Shown: in pieces, positions 20,408 through 29,656 of the stretch
Numbering within the stretch: position 1 is the first letter of the stretch
Layout of the letters: every line of letters begins with the position of its first letter
Sequence record: DRR378314_524
DNA: 50,841 nucleotides
Reading direction: 5' to 3' (one strand)
Made by a program: the position numbers and the translations under genes
The notes under the pieces: model-generated
What the model was told of the DNA's origin: nothing
What the model saw: only the letters and a program-made list of their open reading frames with translations
Databases searched by the model: none

Positions 20408-23400
20408 TCAATCCATTAACTCTGCTTTCAATTGCTGTAGCTGTCTTTTTACTTGTCGCACAGCCTCCTCTTTGACGGGGCCGTAGCCACGGATCTGAAG
20501 GGGCAACTCGACCAGTTTGTGAATAACCTCTGGCTTTTCTGCCAGTTGCTCTGCCTGAATTGCCTCAATTTCCCGTTTATACCAGGCAATCAGGTCCCGT
20601 TCCATTTTGCGATCCGGGTGATAGCCAAATGGATCTAATAGGGTCCCACGAAGTCCCTTAAGCTTACTCAACAATGGAAATATTTGACGAACCCAAGGGC
20701 CATATATCCCTTTGCGTGGGCGGCCTCGTTCATCTTTTGAGCTGGGAAGAAAGGGCGGGGCCAAATGATGCTTTATTCTAAACCCGCCTTCAAACTGGCG
20801 ATTGATTTCATCCATGAATGCCGGATCGCTTTGCAAGCGAGCGACCTCATACTCATCCTTATAGGACATGAGCTTGAAAAGAGATTTAGCCATACTGTCC
20901 ATCATGGTCCGGCCCTCATCCAAAGCTTCAAACCTCTTTTCTTGGGCCCTCAAGAAAGATTGGTATTTTGCGGCCCAGCCTTTATTTTGATATGCCGTTA
21001 AAATCTCCCTATGCCGCCCCCGAAGGTCGGCACCTTGAAGCGGTTTGGCCTCGACCTTTTCGCCATCCAGAATATCCGGCTGCTCATATAAAACCCGCCC
21101 CCAGTCAAAGGCTTGCTTATTCGCTTCAATCGCAACACCGTTCAGTTCAATCGCGCGGAATAAGGCGTCCCGGCTTAAGGGAACCAGTCCTTGTTGCCAG
21201 GCAAATCCCAACAACAGGATATTCGCATACACACTATCACCAAGCAATTGGACAGAGGCGCGGTTTGCATCCACACCCCGAAGATTTGGATCCCCGAAAA
21301 CCTCCCGCAAGGATTGATAGCGCTGATCCATCTTCAGGTCCGCATCCGGGTTGAGCGTAAAGTCGCCTGTAGGCATTATCGCCAGATTTACGCAACCTCT
21401 CGTCATTCCCCGTTTATAAGCAGCAGATGCTTTAGGGGAAGAGCTGACCACCAGATCACACCCGATCAACGCGTCGGCTGAGGCTTGATCAATCCGCACC
21501 TGGTTCAATTCATTCGGATGCGCGGCGAACCGTACATAGCTGATAACCGGGCCAAATTTCTGGGCAAAACCCATGAAATCGAGAACCGACGCCCCCTTAT
21601 CCTCCAGATGGGCAGCCATGGTCATAAGCTGCCCCACGGTTACAACACCGGTACCGCCAACACCCGTGACAATCACATCATACGGTGACTGCAGATCCGG
21701 ATACTCTGGCTCATCCAACATCTCAATCAATGCGTTCAGACGCGACGCATTCTCGGTTGGGGAGGGTTTTCGGCGTGTACCACCCTCGATCGTGATAAAG
21801 CTGGGACAAAACCCGTCCAGGCAGGAAAAGTCTTTATTACAGGCGTTTTGATTAATCTGTCTTTTGCGGCCAAATTCAGTTTCAACCGGCTCGACCGATA
21901 AGCAGTTGGAGGCAACGGAACAATCTCCGCATCCTTCGCAAACCGCTTTGTTGATATAGGCAAATTTTCGCTTTTCCGGTATCAGGCCCCGTTTAATCTT
22001 CCGGCGTCGCTCAGTCGCGCAAGCTTGATCATATATCAGGGCTGTAACGCCTGGAATTTCGCGCAGCTCCCGCTGGATCCGATCAAGGGCAGATCGATCA
22101 TCAAAACTTACATCAGTTGGAAAGTCAGTCTTGGTAAATTTCTCAATCTCATCAGAAAGTACCGCAATCCTTTTAATTCCCTCCGCCCTGAGTGTATGTG
22201 CGATCGACGACACACTGATCGGTCCGTCTGCCGGTTGTCCTCCGGTCATGGCCGTTACATCATTATAGAGAATTTTATAGGTGATATTGGTGTTGGCTGC
22301 GATGGCTTGCCGAATAGCCAGAATACCGGAATGATAATAGGTTCCGTCACCCAGATTTTGGAACACATGCGCGCCGCCATTGAAGCGGGAGTTGGCAACC
22401 CAGTTAACCCCCTCTCCCCCCATCTGAATAAGATAGTTGGTGTTCCGATCCATCCAGCTTGCCATAAAATGACAGCCAATCCCGGCAAGCGCCTGGGAAC
22501 CTTCTGGAACTTTCGTGGATCTGTTATGAGGACAACCGGAACAAAAATAAGGGGTTCGGCTCGCACCGGATGTGGTTAGGCAAACCGCTTGCTCTGCCTT
22601 CAGTTTTTGCACCCTATCGGTCAGGTTTAATCCTGAAAACAACCCATCCAGACGCTTGGCAACAATTTCAGCCAGTTGCAAGGGCGACAGCTCCCCAATC
22701 CAGGGGATCAATCGTTCTGCATTCTCATCATTTTTGCCGACCATCCGCTCTGGCTTTGCCCCCGGATAGTCATAGAAATACTCCTTGAACTGGCTTTCAA
22801 TAATGCCGCGTTTTTCCTCAACAACCAGCACCTCCCGTTTGCCCCTGACAAATTCGAGGGAGGATTTCCTGGCAAGCGGCCAAACAAGACCGATTTTATA
22901 GATATCAATCCCGATCCGGCGGGCTTCAGCCTCGTCAATCCCGAGCAGCCGCAGCGCTTCCATCAAATCAAGATGAGCCTTACCGGTGGTCACAATTCCG
23001 TAGGTCGCATCTGGCACGTCATAGATATGGCGATCAATCGGGTTGGCTTCACAGAACGCATAAACCGCGTGCTTCTTGGCCTCCAATCGCTCCTCTATCT
23101 GCGGGCCAGGCAAATCAGGCCAGCGATAATGCAAACCCGTTTCCGGGATCTTGAAATCAGGAGTGATAAACGTGCGCGGGGTCGGCAGCTCTACACTCAT
23201 GGCACTTTCGACCGTCTCCGTTGCAGCTTTGAAGCCGACCCACATACCGCTATATCGGGACAAAGCGTAGCCATATTCTCCAAAACTTAAATACTCCGCT
23301 ACATTGGAAGGATTAAGAATAGGCATGAAAAAAGTCAGGAAAGCTGCATCTGACTGATGCGGCATGGAGGAGGAAACACTACCGTGATCATCGCCGGCAA

Positions 23401-23854
23401 CAACCAGAACACCGCCATGCGGGGATGATCCATAGGCGTTCCCATGTTTCAGGGCATCACCGGCCCGGTCCACGCCCGGACCCTTGCCATACCATAAACC
23501 AAATACACCCTCCACCTGACGTTTAGGATCGGTTTCGACCTGCTGGGAGCCGAGAATTGCAGTGGCCGCCAATTCCTCATTAACCGCCGGGATGAATTCG
23601 ATCTGGCTGGCCTTTAACTGATCGGAAATTGACCAAAGCTCTTTATCCAGCATACCCAGGGGTGATCCCCGATACCCGCTGATAAATCCAGCCGTCTTCA
23701 GACCCGCTGCTTCATCCATTCGCTTTTGCATCAACGGAATACGGGCCAGTGCTTGTGTGCCGGTCAGAAACACACGCCCCGTTTCCTGGGTATACCGATC
23801 CAGCAATTGATAATTTTTATTGATGGCCTGTGGGGGGTGGCTTTTTTTCAGCAC
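20408..23854 (-). CDS. Indolepyruvate:ferredoxin oxidoreductase, fused alpha/beta type
   Basis: GFISGYRGSPLG, WYGKGPGVDR, FCSGCPHN, GDGTY.HSG (TPP), CEGCGDC, GVGGTGVVT and YKDEYEVARL. Confidence 0.93.
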   Translation of the reverse strand: MLKKSHPPQAINKNYQLLDRYTQETGRVFLTGTQALARIPLMQKRMDEAAGLKTAGFISGYRGSPLGMLDKELWSISDQLKASQIEFIPAVNEELAATAILGSQQVETDPKRQVEGVFGLWYGKGPGVDRAGDALKHGNAYGSSPHGGVLVVAGDDHGSVSSSMPHQSDAAFLTFFMPILNPSNVAEYLSFGEYGYALSRYSGMWVGFKAATETVESAMSVELPTPRTFITPDFKIPETGLHYRWPDLPGPQIEERLEAKKHAVYAFCEANPIDRHIYDVPDATYGIVTTGKAHLDLMEALRLLGIDEAEARRIGIDIYKIGLVWPLARKSSLEFVRGKREVLVVEEKRGIIESQFKEYFYDYPGAKPERMVGKNDENAERLIPWIGELSPLQLAEIVAKRLDGLFSGLNLTDRVQKLKAEQAVCLTTSGASRTPYFCSGCPHNRSTKVPEGSQALAGIGCHFMASWMDRNTNYLIQMGGEGVNWVANSRFNGGAHVFQNLGDGTYYHSGILAIRQAIAANTNITYKILYNDVTAMTGGQPADGPISVSSIAHTLRAEGIKRIAVLSDEIEKFTKTDFPTDVSFDDRSALDRIQRELREIPGVTALIYDQACATERRRKIKRGLIPEKRKFAYINKAVCEGCGDCSVASNCLSVEPVETEFGRKRQINQNACNKDFSCLDGFCPSFITIEGGTRRKPSPTENASRLNALIEMLDEPEYPDLQSPYDVIVTGVGGTGVVTVGQLMTMAAHLEDKGASVLDFMGFAQKFGPVISYVRFAAHPNELNQVRIDQASADALIGCDLVVSSSPKASAAYKRGMTRGCVNLAIMPTGDFTLNPDADLKMDQRYQSLREVFGDPNLRGVDANRASVQLLGDSVYANILLLGFAWQQGLVPLSRDALFRAIELNGVAIEANKQAFDWGRVLYEQPDILDGEKVEAKPLQGADLRGRHREILTAYQNKGWAAKYQSFLRAQEKRFEALDEGRTMMDSMAKSLFKLMSYKDEYEVARLQSDPAFMDEINRQFEGGFRIKHHLAPPFLPSSKDERGRPRKGIYGPWVRQIFPLLSKLKGLRGTLLDPFGYHPDRKMERDLIAWYKREIEAIQAEQLAEKPEVIHKLVELPLQIRGYGPVKEEAVRQVKRQLQQLKAELMD

Positions 23855-24015
23855 AAGTAACGCTCCTGCTCTCTATCGCTAAACCGGATAGAATTTTATC
23901 ATGAACGCACTGAAAAACCGTTTCAATCTGATCCATTTATTCTTATAATATGATAGATATTATCGAAATATCGCATTATTCGGATTATTTTTTCATTTTA
24001 AGTTAATAAATCGAA

Positions 24016-24486
24016 ATGCTTGATAACACAGACGAACAGCTTCTTGATCTTATTCAAACCGATTGCCGCTTCACAAATGCCCAATTGGCGGCGGAACTGA
24101 ATATATCCGCCTCCTCCTGTTGGCGGCGGATCAAAAGCCTTGAGGATATTGGCCTGATCACCGGCTACCACGCCTCCCTTGATCGAGACATCGCCGGGTT
24201 CGCATTTTCCGCAATTGTACATGTTAGCCTGTCGCGGCAAAAAGCTGATACGGTCTCAACCTTCGTTGATGCCATTCGCGGCAGGCCTGAAATATTGGAC
24301 TGCTATGCCACGACAGGAGATTCAGATTACCATCTTCGGGTTGTTGTGGAAGACATCACTGCCTTCAACAAATTCCTGGATGAATTTCTGTTTACCCTTC
24401 CGGGTATTGCCCATGTTAAATCCAACATCGTGCTGAAAGATGTTAAACAGGGCGGACATCTGCCGTTTAGGTCACCAAGCCGTTGA
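24016..24486 (+). CDS. Lrp/AsnC family regulator
   Basis: HTH NAQLAAELNISASSCWRRIKSLE; RAM domain with TGDSDY. Divergent from the IOR gene across an AT-rich spacer. Confidence 0.93.
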   Translation: MLDNTDEQLLDLIQTDCRFTNAQLAAELNISASSCWRRIKSLEDIGLITGYHASLDRDIAGFAFSAIVHVSLSRQKADTVSTFVDAIRGRPEILDCYATTGDSDYHLRVVVEDITAFNKFLDEFLFTLPGIAHVKSNIVLKDVKQGGHLPFRSPSR

Positions 24487-24919
24487 TATACTGGCCGCCC
24501 GTATAGGTCAGCACCTGCCCGCGCGCCTGCTCACTTGAAAAAGAACAATGGACCCAGCCGCTGCCCGGTTGTTCCGGCTGATAACATTCTAGGATTAACT
24601 GATCAAAAACCAGGTTTTCATGCACCCAAGCGGCCAGATTAAAGTTGGAAAGCCCGGGCACTTCAAAATCTACAGCTTCTCCGCGCACATGTTGGGAGCG
24701 GTCTGAGGATCCTAATCGTCGATTAAGGGGCAGTGACCGATACCCACTTGAGGGGCGAAAGGGTTGGTTGAAGGCCTTGCGGACCGGCTCCAATATATGG
24801 ACAGCAAGCAATCCAAGCCGCTGGATGATCTGATCTGATGGCTGGTTATCCAGCCGATGACGATCTGCAACCTGACTGCGGCATAGCTCCGCAATCGTGA
24901 AATGCGGTGTTAAACGCAT
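24467..24919 (-). CDS. Peptidase M15A family zinc peptidase (D-Ala-D-Ala carboxypeptidase/endolysin-like)
   Basis: LTPHFTIAEL, SSGYRS, SQH..GEAVD and WVH Zn-ligand pattern. Confidence 0.85.
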   Translation of the reverse strand: MRLTPHFTIAELCRSQVADRHRLDNQPSDQIIQRLGLLAVHILEPVRKAFNQPFRPSSGYRSLPLNRRLGSSDRSQHVRGEAVDFEVPGLSNFNLAAWVHENLVFDQLILECYQPEQPGSGWVHCSFSSEQARGQVLTYTGGQYINGLVT

Positions 24920-24958
24920 AGCCTTTCCCCCTAATCTAGTCTTGATATCTGATGTCTG

Positions 24959-25819
24959 TTATTGGGAATTCCGGCTGGCAAGCCGCGTATCTCCCATCCG
25001 GTATTGATCCAGGTGCAATTCCAACATTCCAAGCTCGGTTTTGACCTGCATCCGAACGGGTACCGGCCGAGTATCAACAGCGGGCGCGGCAATCCAGACG
25101 ACCAGATCTGATGGATCTTCAAGCTCGTAGTTTTTTTGCCGCCGAAAACCGCCTTTTTCAACAACCTCAAAAGCACATCCGCGGGCCTCGCCTTGAAAAA
25201 CCGAGTAGTTGGATTTCCGAAACACCCGAAAGCCTGCATCTTTAAGCTGCACGTCATAGCGGCGGCGGCCATCATAAACCGGGTAGCTTCCAGAACACTG
25301 CCCTTTTTCCTCAAACTGGCTCATTGCGGCCAGGACCATTGTCAACGGGTCTATACTGCCGTTTGTCGTCTCTGCTTTCACTGGCGTGTATTTATTCAGA
25401 TTTGTATAGGCTTTTCCAATCAGGTCCACCTTCACGTCACCGGATTTGGAGTAAGTGATATCAGCCCCACGTTCCTGTTCGCGCCATTTACTGTTATGTG
25501 AATGTAGCTCCGGCAAAAACTGGGTCCGCTCATAACGTCCCTGACTAATTCCCTTGGCCGTCCAACTGAACATCCAGCTCATGGTCCGATTGGTTATCGC
25601 GTCCGTCTGGATCAGATAGCGGTTTTTCTGCTGCTCTATCTCGGTGCTGAAAGCCCCCATGTAAAGGCCGCCCAGATATACAGTGTGCTTAAGCTCAAGC
25701 GTGCTCGCGGCGGCATAACCGCTCCACCCGCTCATAACCACGGCAATCGCTGCCAGCAGGGTCTTTTGAAATTCGAATAATTGTGAAAAACGGATAGGCA
25801 AGCTTGCTCCCCAAATCAA
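24959..25819 (-). CDS. DUF3108-domain exported protein
   Basis: Signal-peptide-like N-terminus; IDPLT, C...YPVYDGRRRYD and PVPVR motifs. The start codon is uncertain. Confidence 0.7.
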   Translation of the reverse strand: MIWGASLPIRFSQLFEFQKTLLAAIAVVMSGWSGYAAASTLELKHTVYLGGLYMGAFSTEIEQQKNRYLIQTDAITNRTMSWMFSWTAKGISQGRYERTQFLPELHSHNSKWREQERGADITYSKSGDVKVDLIGKAYTNLNKYTPVKAETTNGSIDPLTMVLAAMSQFEEKGQCSGSYPVYDGRRRYDVQLKDAGFRVFRKSNYSVFQGEARGCAFEVVEKGGFRRQKNYELEDPSDLVVWIAAPAVDTRPVPVRMQVKTELGMLELHLDQYRMGDTRLASRNSQ

Positions 25820-25832
25820 CCGGTTGGGATTT

Positions 25833-25861
25833 ATATGGATATCAGCATAGCCTATTTCAAG
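25833..25861 (-). promoter_or_regulatory. Putative RpoH/sigma70-type promoter of the DUF3108 gene
   Basis: Minus strand CTTGAA-N17-CCATAT resembles alphaproteobacterial RpoH/RpoD consensus. Confidence 0.45.
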
Positions 25862-25904
25862 GAAGTGGCGATTTTATGGCGGCGGTAAACTGGAGCAACT
25901 GCTC

Positions 25905-26717
25905 CTAGCCAGCCCAGCCAGTCATATAAAGGCCGATCAGAAAACCACCCAGGAACAGCCGGTAAATCACAAACGGCATAAAACCGATCCGGTCAATCCA
26001 GGCCATCAGACTTTTAATCACCAGATATGCAACAACAAACGCAACCCCGCCCGTGATCAGGGCATCATGTCCGAACTGCACATCCCCCTCTACGATCCCC
26101 TTGAAAGTCGCGGCTGTGCCCGCAGCCATAATAATGGGTACCGATAACAGCATGGAAAACCGTGTCGCGGCCTGACGATCCAATCCGCGGATCAGGGCAG
26201 CGGTCATCGTCACCCCGGAACGGCTGGTCCCCGGAAACAGGGAAAAAATCTGAAAAATCCCGATAAACAGTGCATCCCAACTGTTCATGGACCGGATTGT
26301 CCGTTTTCCCTTCAGGTAGTAATCGGCAATGCCAAGTGCAACACCGAAGAAAAGGGTCGTCATCGCAATCAGCAAAAGCGATCTCAAATCCAGTTTCAAG
26401 ATGAAAAACAATAGTCCGCCTGCGATAAGCGCCGGAATCGATCCAACGATCACATGAAAAGCGAGCTGTCGTCCCTCCATAATTTCATTGGCCGAACCGC
26501 GCCCCACCATTGCGAGGATCATATTGATAAAATCGGCTCGAAAATACAGAAGAACCGCAAATAGAGTTCCCATATGGGTCGCGATATCGAGGCTAAGGCC
26601 CTGATCTTCCCACTCGGTCATCAGCGGGACCAGTAATAAATGACCGCTTGAGGAAATTGGGAGGAATTCTGTAATTCCCTGAACAACTGCCAAAACCAAG
26701 ATGTGAATATATGACAC
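25905..26717 (-). CDS. uppP: Undecaprenyl-diphosphate phosphatase BacA/UppP
   Basis: VQGITEFLPISSSGHL and PGTSRSG motifs. Confidence 0.96.
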   Translation of the reverse strand: MSYIHILVLAVVQGITEFLPISSSGHLLLVPLMTEWEDQGLSLDIATHMGTLFAVLLYFRADFINMILAMVGRGSANEIMEGRQLAFHVIVGSIPALIAGGLLFFILKLDLRSLLLIAMTTLFFGVALGIADYYLKGKRTIRSMNSWDALFIGIFQIFSLFPGTSRSGVTMTAALIRGLDRQAATRFSMLLSVPIIMAAGTAATFKGIVEGDVQFGHDALITGGVAFVVAYLVIKSLMAWIDRIGFMPFVIYRLFLGGFLIGLYMTGWAG

Positions 26718-26873
26718 GCTAACCCCAATCCCCCAAGCTTAAGCCCTGCATGGTCAGACTTCAGTAATCAGCAACCATGTCAAAACAGTGACAATTTGTG
26801 TCAAAACTTATCCGTAACGTCAAAGACTTAACAAAGCGTTCAAGTTCGCCTGTTTAGCCTCTTAAGGGATCGT

Positions 26874-27458
26874 TTAAGTGGCGGAAACATCCTCTTCAAA
26901 GGAATGTTTCTGCCGGGTCAGCCATGCCACAAAGCGTTGATCCGCTTCATCCGAGACAGCATCAAAAGGATAACAAGTCACCAGAATAATCAGATCTTCG
27001 GGAATATCGTCTGGAATATAAAGCGCGTCTGCATCAATGACGTCAAACCGCGCGATCGTCCAGGTCTCTTTTGGTTCACCGCGAAATTCAAATGACACTT
27101 GATCAGAGACTTGCAGCTCCTTCAAAAAATTGAAATGGGTGTCCCTATGCGCAAAAATCACGCGATGGAGACCGACAGTTTGCAGGCTTGGCCCAAACGC
27201 CAGATTTCGCATATTTGCATCAGATAGAACAAACCGATGCACATTCAGTTTCGGCACATCCAGCCGGGCCACCGGATGAGCATCAGACCAGGACCAGGGT
27301 TTGACAGACTTGCCAAGCGTCTGCGATTGGACAAACGCATGCTCGATCAATACGGGCGCCGCCCAGGCTTTGGCCGCCAGCAACCCGGCCTTACCAATTT
27401 GCCAGACACCCAAGGCAGCAAAAATCATCATTCCAACAATCAGGAGAAATCGGATCAT
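26874..27458 (-). CDS. Class GN (marine proteobacterial) sortase
   Basis: N-terminal TM, KPWSWSD.HPVARL, LAFGP; catalytic His (HRDTHF), Cys (LVTCYPF) and Arg (QRF). Confidence 0.88.
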   Translation of the reverse strand: MIRFLLIVGMMIFAALGVWQIGKAGLLAAKAWAAPVLIEHAFVQSQTLGKSVKPWSWSDAHPVARLDVPKLNVHRFVLSDANMRNLAFGPSLQTVGLHRVIFAHRDTHFNFLKELQVSDQVSFEFRGEPKETWTIARFDVIDADALYIPDDIPEDLIILVTCYPFDAVSDEADQRFVAWLTRQKHSFEEDVSAT

Positions 27459-29539
27459 TTTCGAACGGCTCCTTTCAAAACGAACAGCAGCAGAATACCT
27501 GCACTCAAAAATGCCAATAGGGCAAAAATCATATTGGTCTTCATAGGGGATGCGGTTGCCAAACTGCTGACTTTCAAGGAGGTTGCCAACTGTGCTCCAA
27601 ACGGTTGCATACTGGCTTTTTTCAAAAATTCTTCGCGAACCCGAGCCGGTGTTTTATCGACAGCCACAAAACTGGTATAAGGGCTCATGATTTGATGATA
27701 AAGCGCCACATCCAGAATACCTTGGCGAACAATTTCCCGGTCCATTCCCCGCGCAGCTGCATCCATTAATCCTTCGACCTTTTTATGGGCCCACAGCTTC
27801 GAAATACCAGTTTTCGGTTCTGTTTCGTCTCGAAGGATTTCAAGTTCAGTAAATTTTCCATCTGCAGCCAGTCCCGCAATGGTGATAGGAGCATCGCCCT
27901 GGCGTTGACGAGATAAAAATATCGCCGGTCGCTGCCCAAACAAATCCGGCATCAACCGGGGATAGGTTTCCGAACCTGATCCTGCATCCAGCTGAATATC
28001 CCGAAAACTGGGGGCGGCCATATCCTCAAAAAGCGCTGACAGCTTTTCCGCAGCGTTCTGGATGTTATCGATTTGAATGTGAACACCCCGGCCAAATTCA
28101 GCTGCTTTTCGCATGAACCAGCTATTTGGCGCAAACCCAAGCCCAACCGTAAATAACCGGGCGCCGTTCAGATTTTGATCCACCAGATTAAACATCTGCT
28201 GTTCATTGGTCACAGCCCCATCCGTTAAAAATACAATCTGCCGGTCCAGCCCGGATGTCGCTGGTGTTTTTAACGCCGCTTCCAGCGCCGGAAACATTTC
28301 TGTTCCGCCGTTGGCCTGCAGGCGCGTGATCCCATAGGCTGCTTTTTCCAAATTCCCTTTGCTTGCGGGTTGAGATACAGGGAAAAAGCTCGCAAAATCA
28401 TTATTAAAAAGAATGATTTGAAAATAATCATCGGATTTTAGAAGGTCCAAGGCCTTGATCAATGCCTGCTTGCCCTGATCAATGCCCGCGCCCTGCATCG
28501 ATCCAGACACATCCAAAATAAAAATAACCTCGCGGGGCCGGTTTGGCAGATCCGATGTTATCTGCGGCGGCAACACCATTCCCAGCGTATAGGTATCTCC
28601 ATCTTGCTCTTCTGTGAACAAGAGGGTCTTGGCAATATCAGTAGCCGCAAACCGCCACTTTAGCGCCAAATCTTTCCCGGCGGCTAAATCCCCACCTTTC
28701 AAGGACACCAGAATGTCTCCGTTTCCGCCGTCTTGCTTTTTAATCAGATGGCTGTCACTCCAAAGCTCCTCAATCTCGGTCCCTTGCCGAAAACGAATGG
28801 CGTAAGAGAGTTGCGGACGGTATCCACCGTTCACCAGTTCCGGGATTTCACCTTCAGGCCTCAATTGCAGCCCAGCCTGCACCAGAAGATCAGGATTGTA
28901 GCGGGGGGTAATAATTTCTGGCATCAAATACGTAAAAACATTCCCTTTTTGACTGGCAAGGGTTTGAAATGCGATTTCGACCGTCACCTCACTGCCCGGC
29001 TCTATATTAGCGACCTTGGTTGAAAAGGTGTTGGGCCGATACTGCTCCAGCAACGCCGCCACCTTGCCGTCCTTGACAGCCTTTTGATAGGTTCGTTTGG
29101 CTTGCTGTTTTTCCTGTATCTGTGAAACGATGGTCCGCTGGCCAATTTTTAACTGCATCCGGTCCACAGCAGCTTTATCTGGCAGGGGAAAATAATATAC
29201 CCCTTCCACCCATTCATTTGTTGGGTTTCGAAATTTCTGCACGACGGTTGTTCGAATGATATGACCCGTGATGACAGAGTTGATCTCGGTCCCTATTGTC
29301 CTGGCCGGCATGGGGTCAGGGATCTGCAGATCCTGTTCGATGTTCATGGGCCGGATCAGCAATTCTGCAGGACTTTCCGCCGCATGAGACGCCGTCACCC
29401 ACAGGCCAAAAAGACCAACAAGATTGAGGCAAATGAGCAGTCGATTTAACCGGCGCCACCCCAAATGGGCATGGCTGGTGATTGCACCAAACCCGTCTCT
29501 GCCGCCCCGACATTTTTTTCGCTTGTTATATGATTTCAT
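27455..29539 (-). CDS. Proteobacterial sortase target protein (VIT + vWA domains, C-terminal sorting signal)
   Basis: VIT domain (Q.F.NP...W.EG.Y.FPLP..AAVD) and vWA MIDAS (DVSGS, GGT, TDG). C-terminus has YTSFVAVDKTPAR, a TM helix and a basic tail. ATGA overlap with the sortase gene. I chose the ATG at 29539; the ORF is open to 29599. Confidence 0.88.
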   Translation of the reverse strand: MKSYNKRKKCRGGRDGFGAITSHAHLGWRRLNRLLICLNLVGLFGLWVTASHAAESPAELLIRPMNIEQDLQIPDPMPARTIGTEINSVITGHIIRTTVVQKFRNPTNEWVEGVYYFPLPDKAAVDRMQLKIGQRTIVSQIQEKQQAKRTYQKAVKDGKVAALLEQYRPNTFSTKVANIEPGSEVTVEIAFQTLASQKGNVFTYLMPEIITPRYNPDLLVQAGLQLRPEGEIPELVNGGYRPQLSYAIRFRQGTEIEELWSDSHLIKKQDGGNGDILVSLKGGDLAAGKDLALKWRFAATDIAKTLLFTEEQDGDTYTLGMVLPPQITSDLPNRPREVIFILDVSGSMQGAGIDQGKQALIKALDLLKSDDYFQIILFNNDFASFFPVSQPASKGNLEKAAYGITRLQANGGTEMFPALEAALKTPATSGLDRQIVFLTDGAVTNEQQMFNLVDQNLNGARLFTVGLGFAPNSWFMRKAAEFGRGVHIQIDNIQNAAEKLSALFEDMAAPSFRDIQLDAGSGSETYPRLMPDLFGQRPAIFLSRQRQGDAPITIAGLAADGKFTELEILRDETEPKTGISKLWAHKKVEGLMDAAARGMDREIVRQGILDVALYHQIMSPYTSFVAVDKTPARVREEFLKKASMQPFGAQLATSLKVSSLATASPMKTNMIFALLAFLSAGILLLFVLKGAVRK

Positions 29540-29621
29540 TGTCCGCGTCCCCACTTGTTGAGGAGAGCAGACTGACGGAGAATTGCGGCGCTTCTGCACC
29601 GGGAACAGGGCAATGTTTGGG

Positions 29622-29650
29622 AAAAAATGAGGCAGCCTCCTGCCTCATTT
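29622..29650 (-). terminator. Rho-independent terminator of the polyamine operon
   Basis: AAATGAGGCA-N6-TGCCTCATTT perfect stem, ending in a T6 run on the minus strand. Confidence 0.8.
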
Positions 29651-29656
29651 CAAGCT

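Noticed and set aside
11689..23290. Long antisense ORFs (e.g. 11689-12261, 14231-14776, 22025-22579, 22676-23290)
   Set aside because: All lie opposite well-supported genes and lack protein-family features; they are codon-bias shadows.
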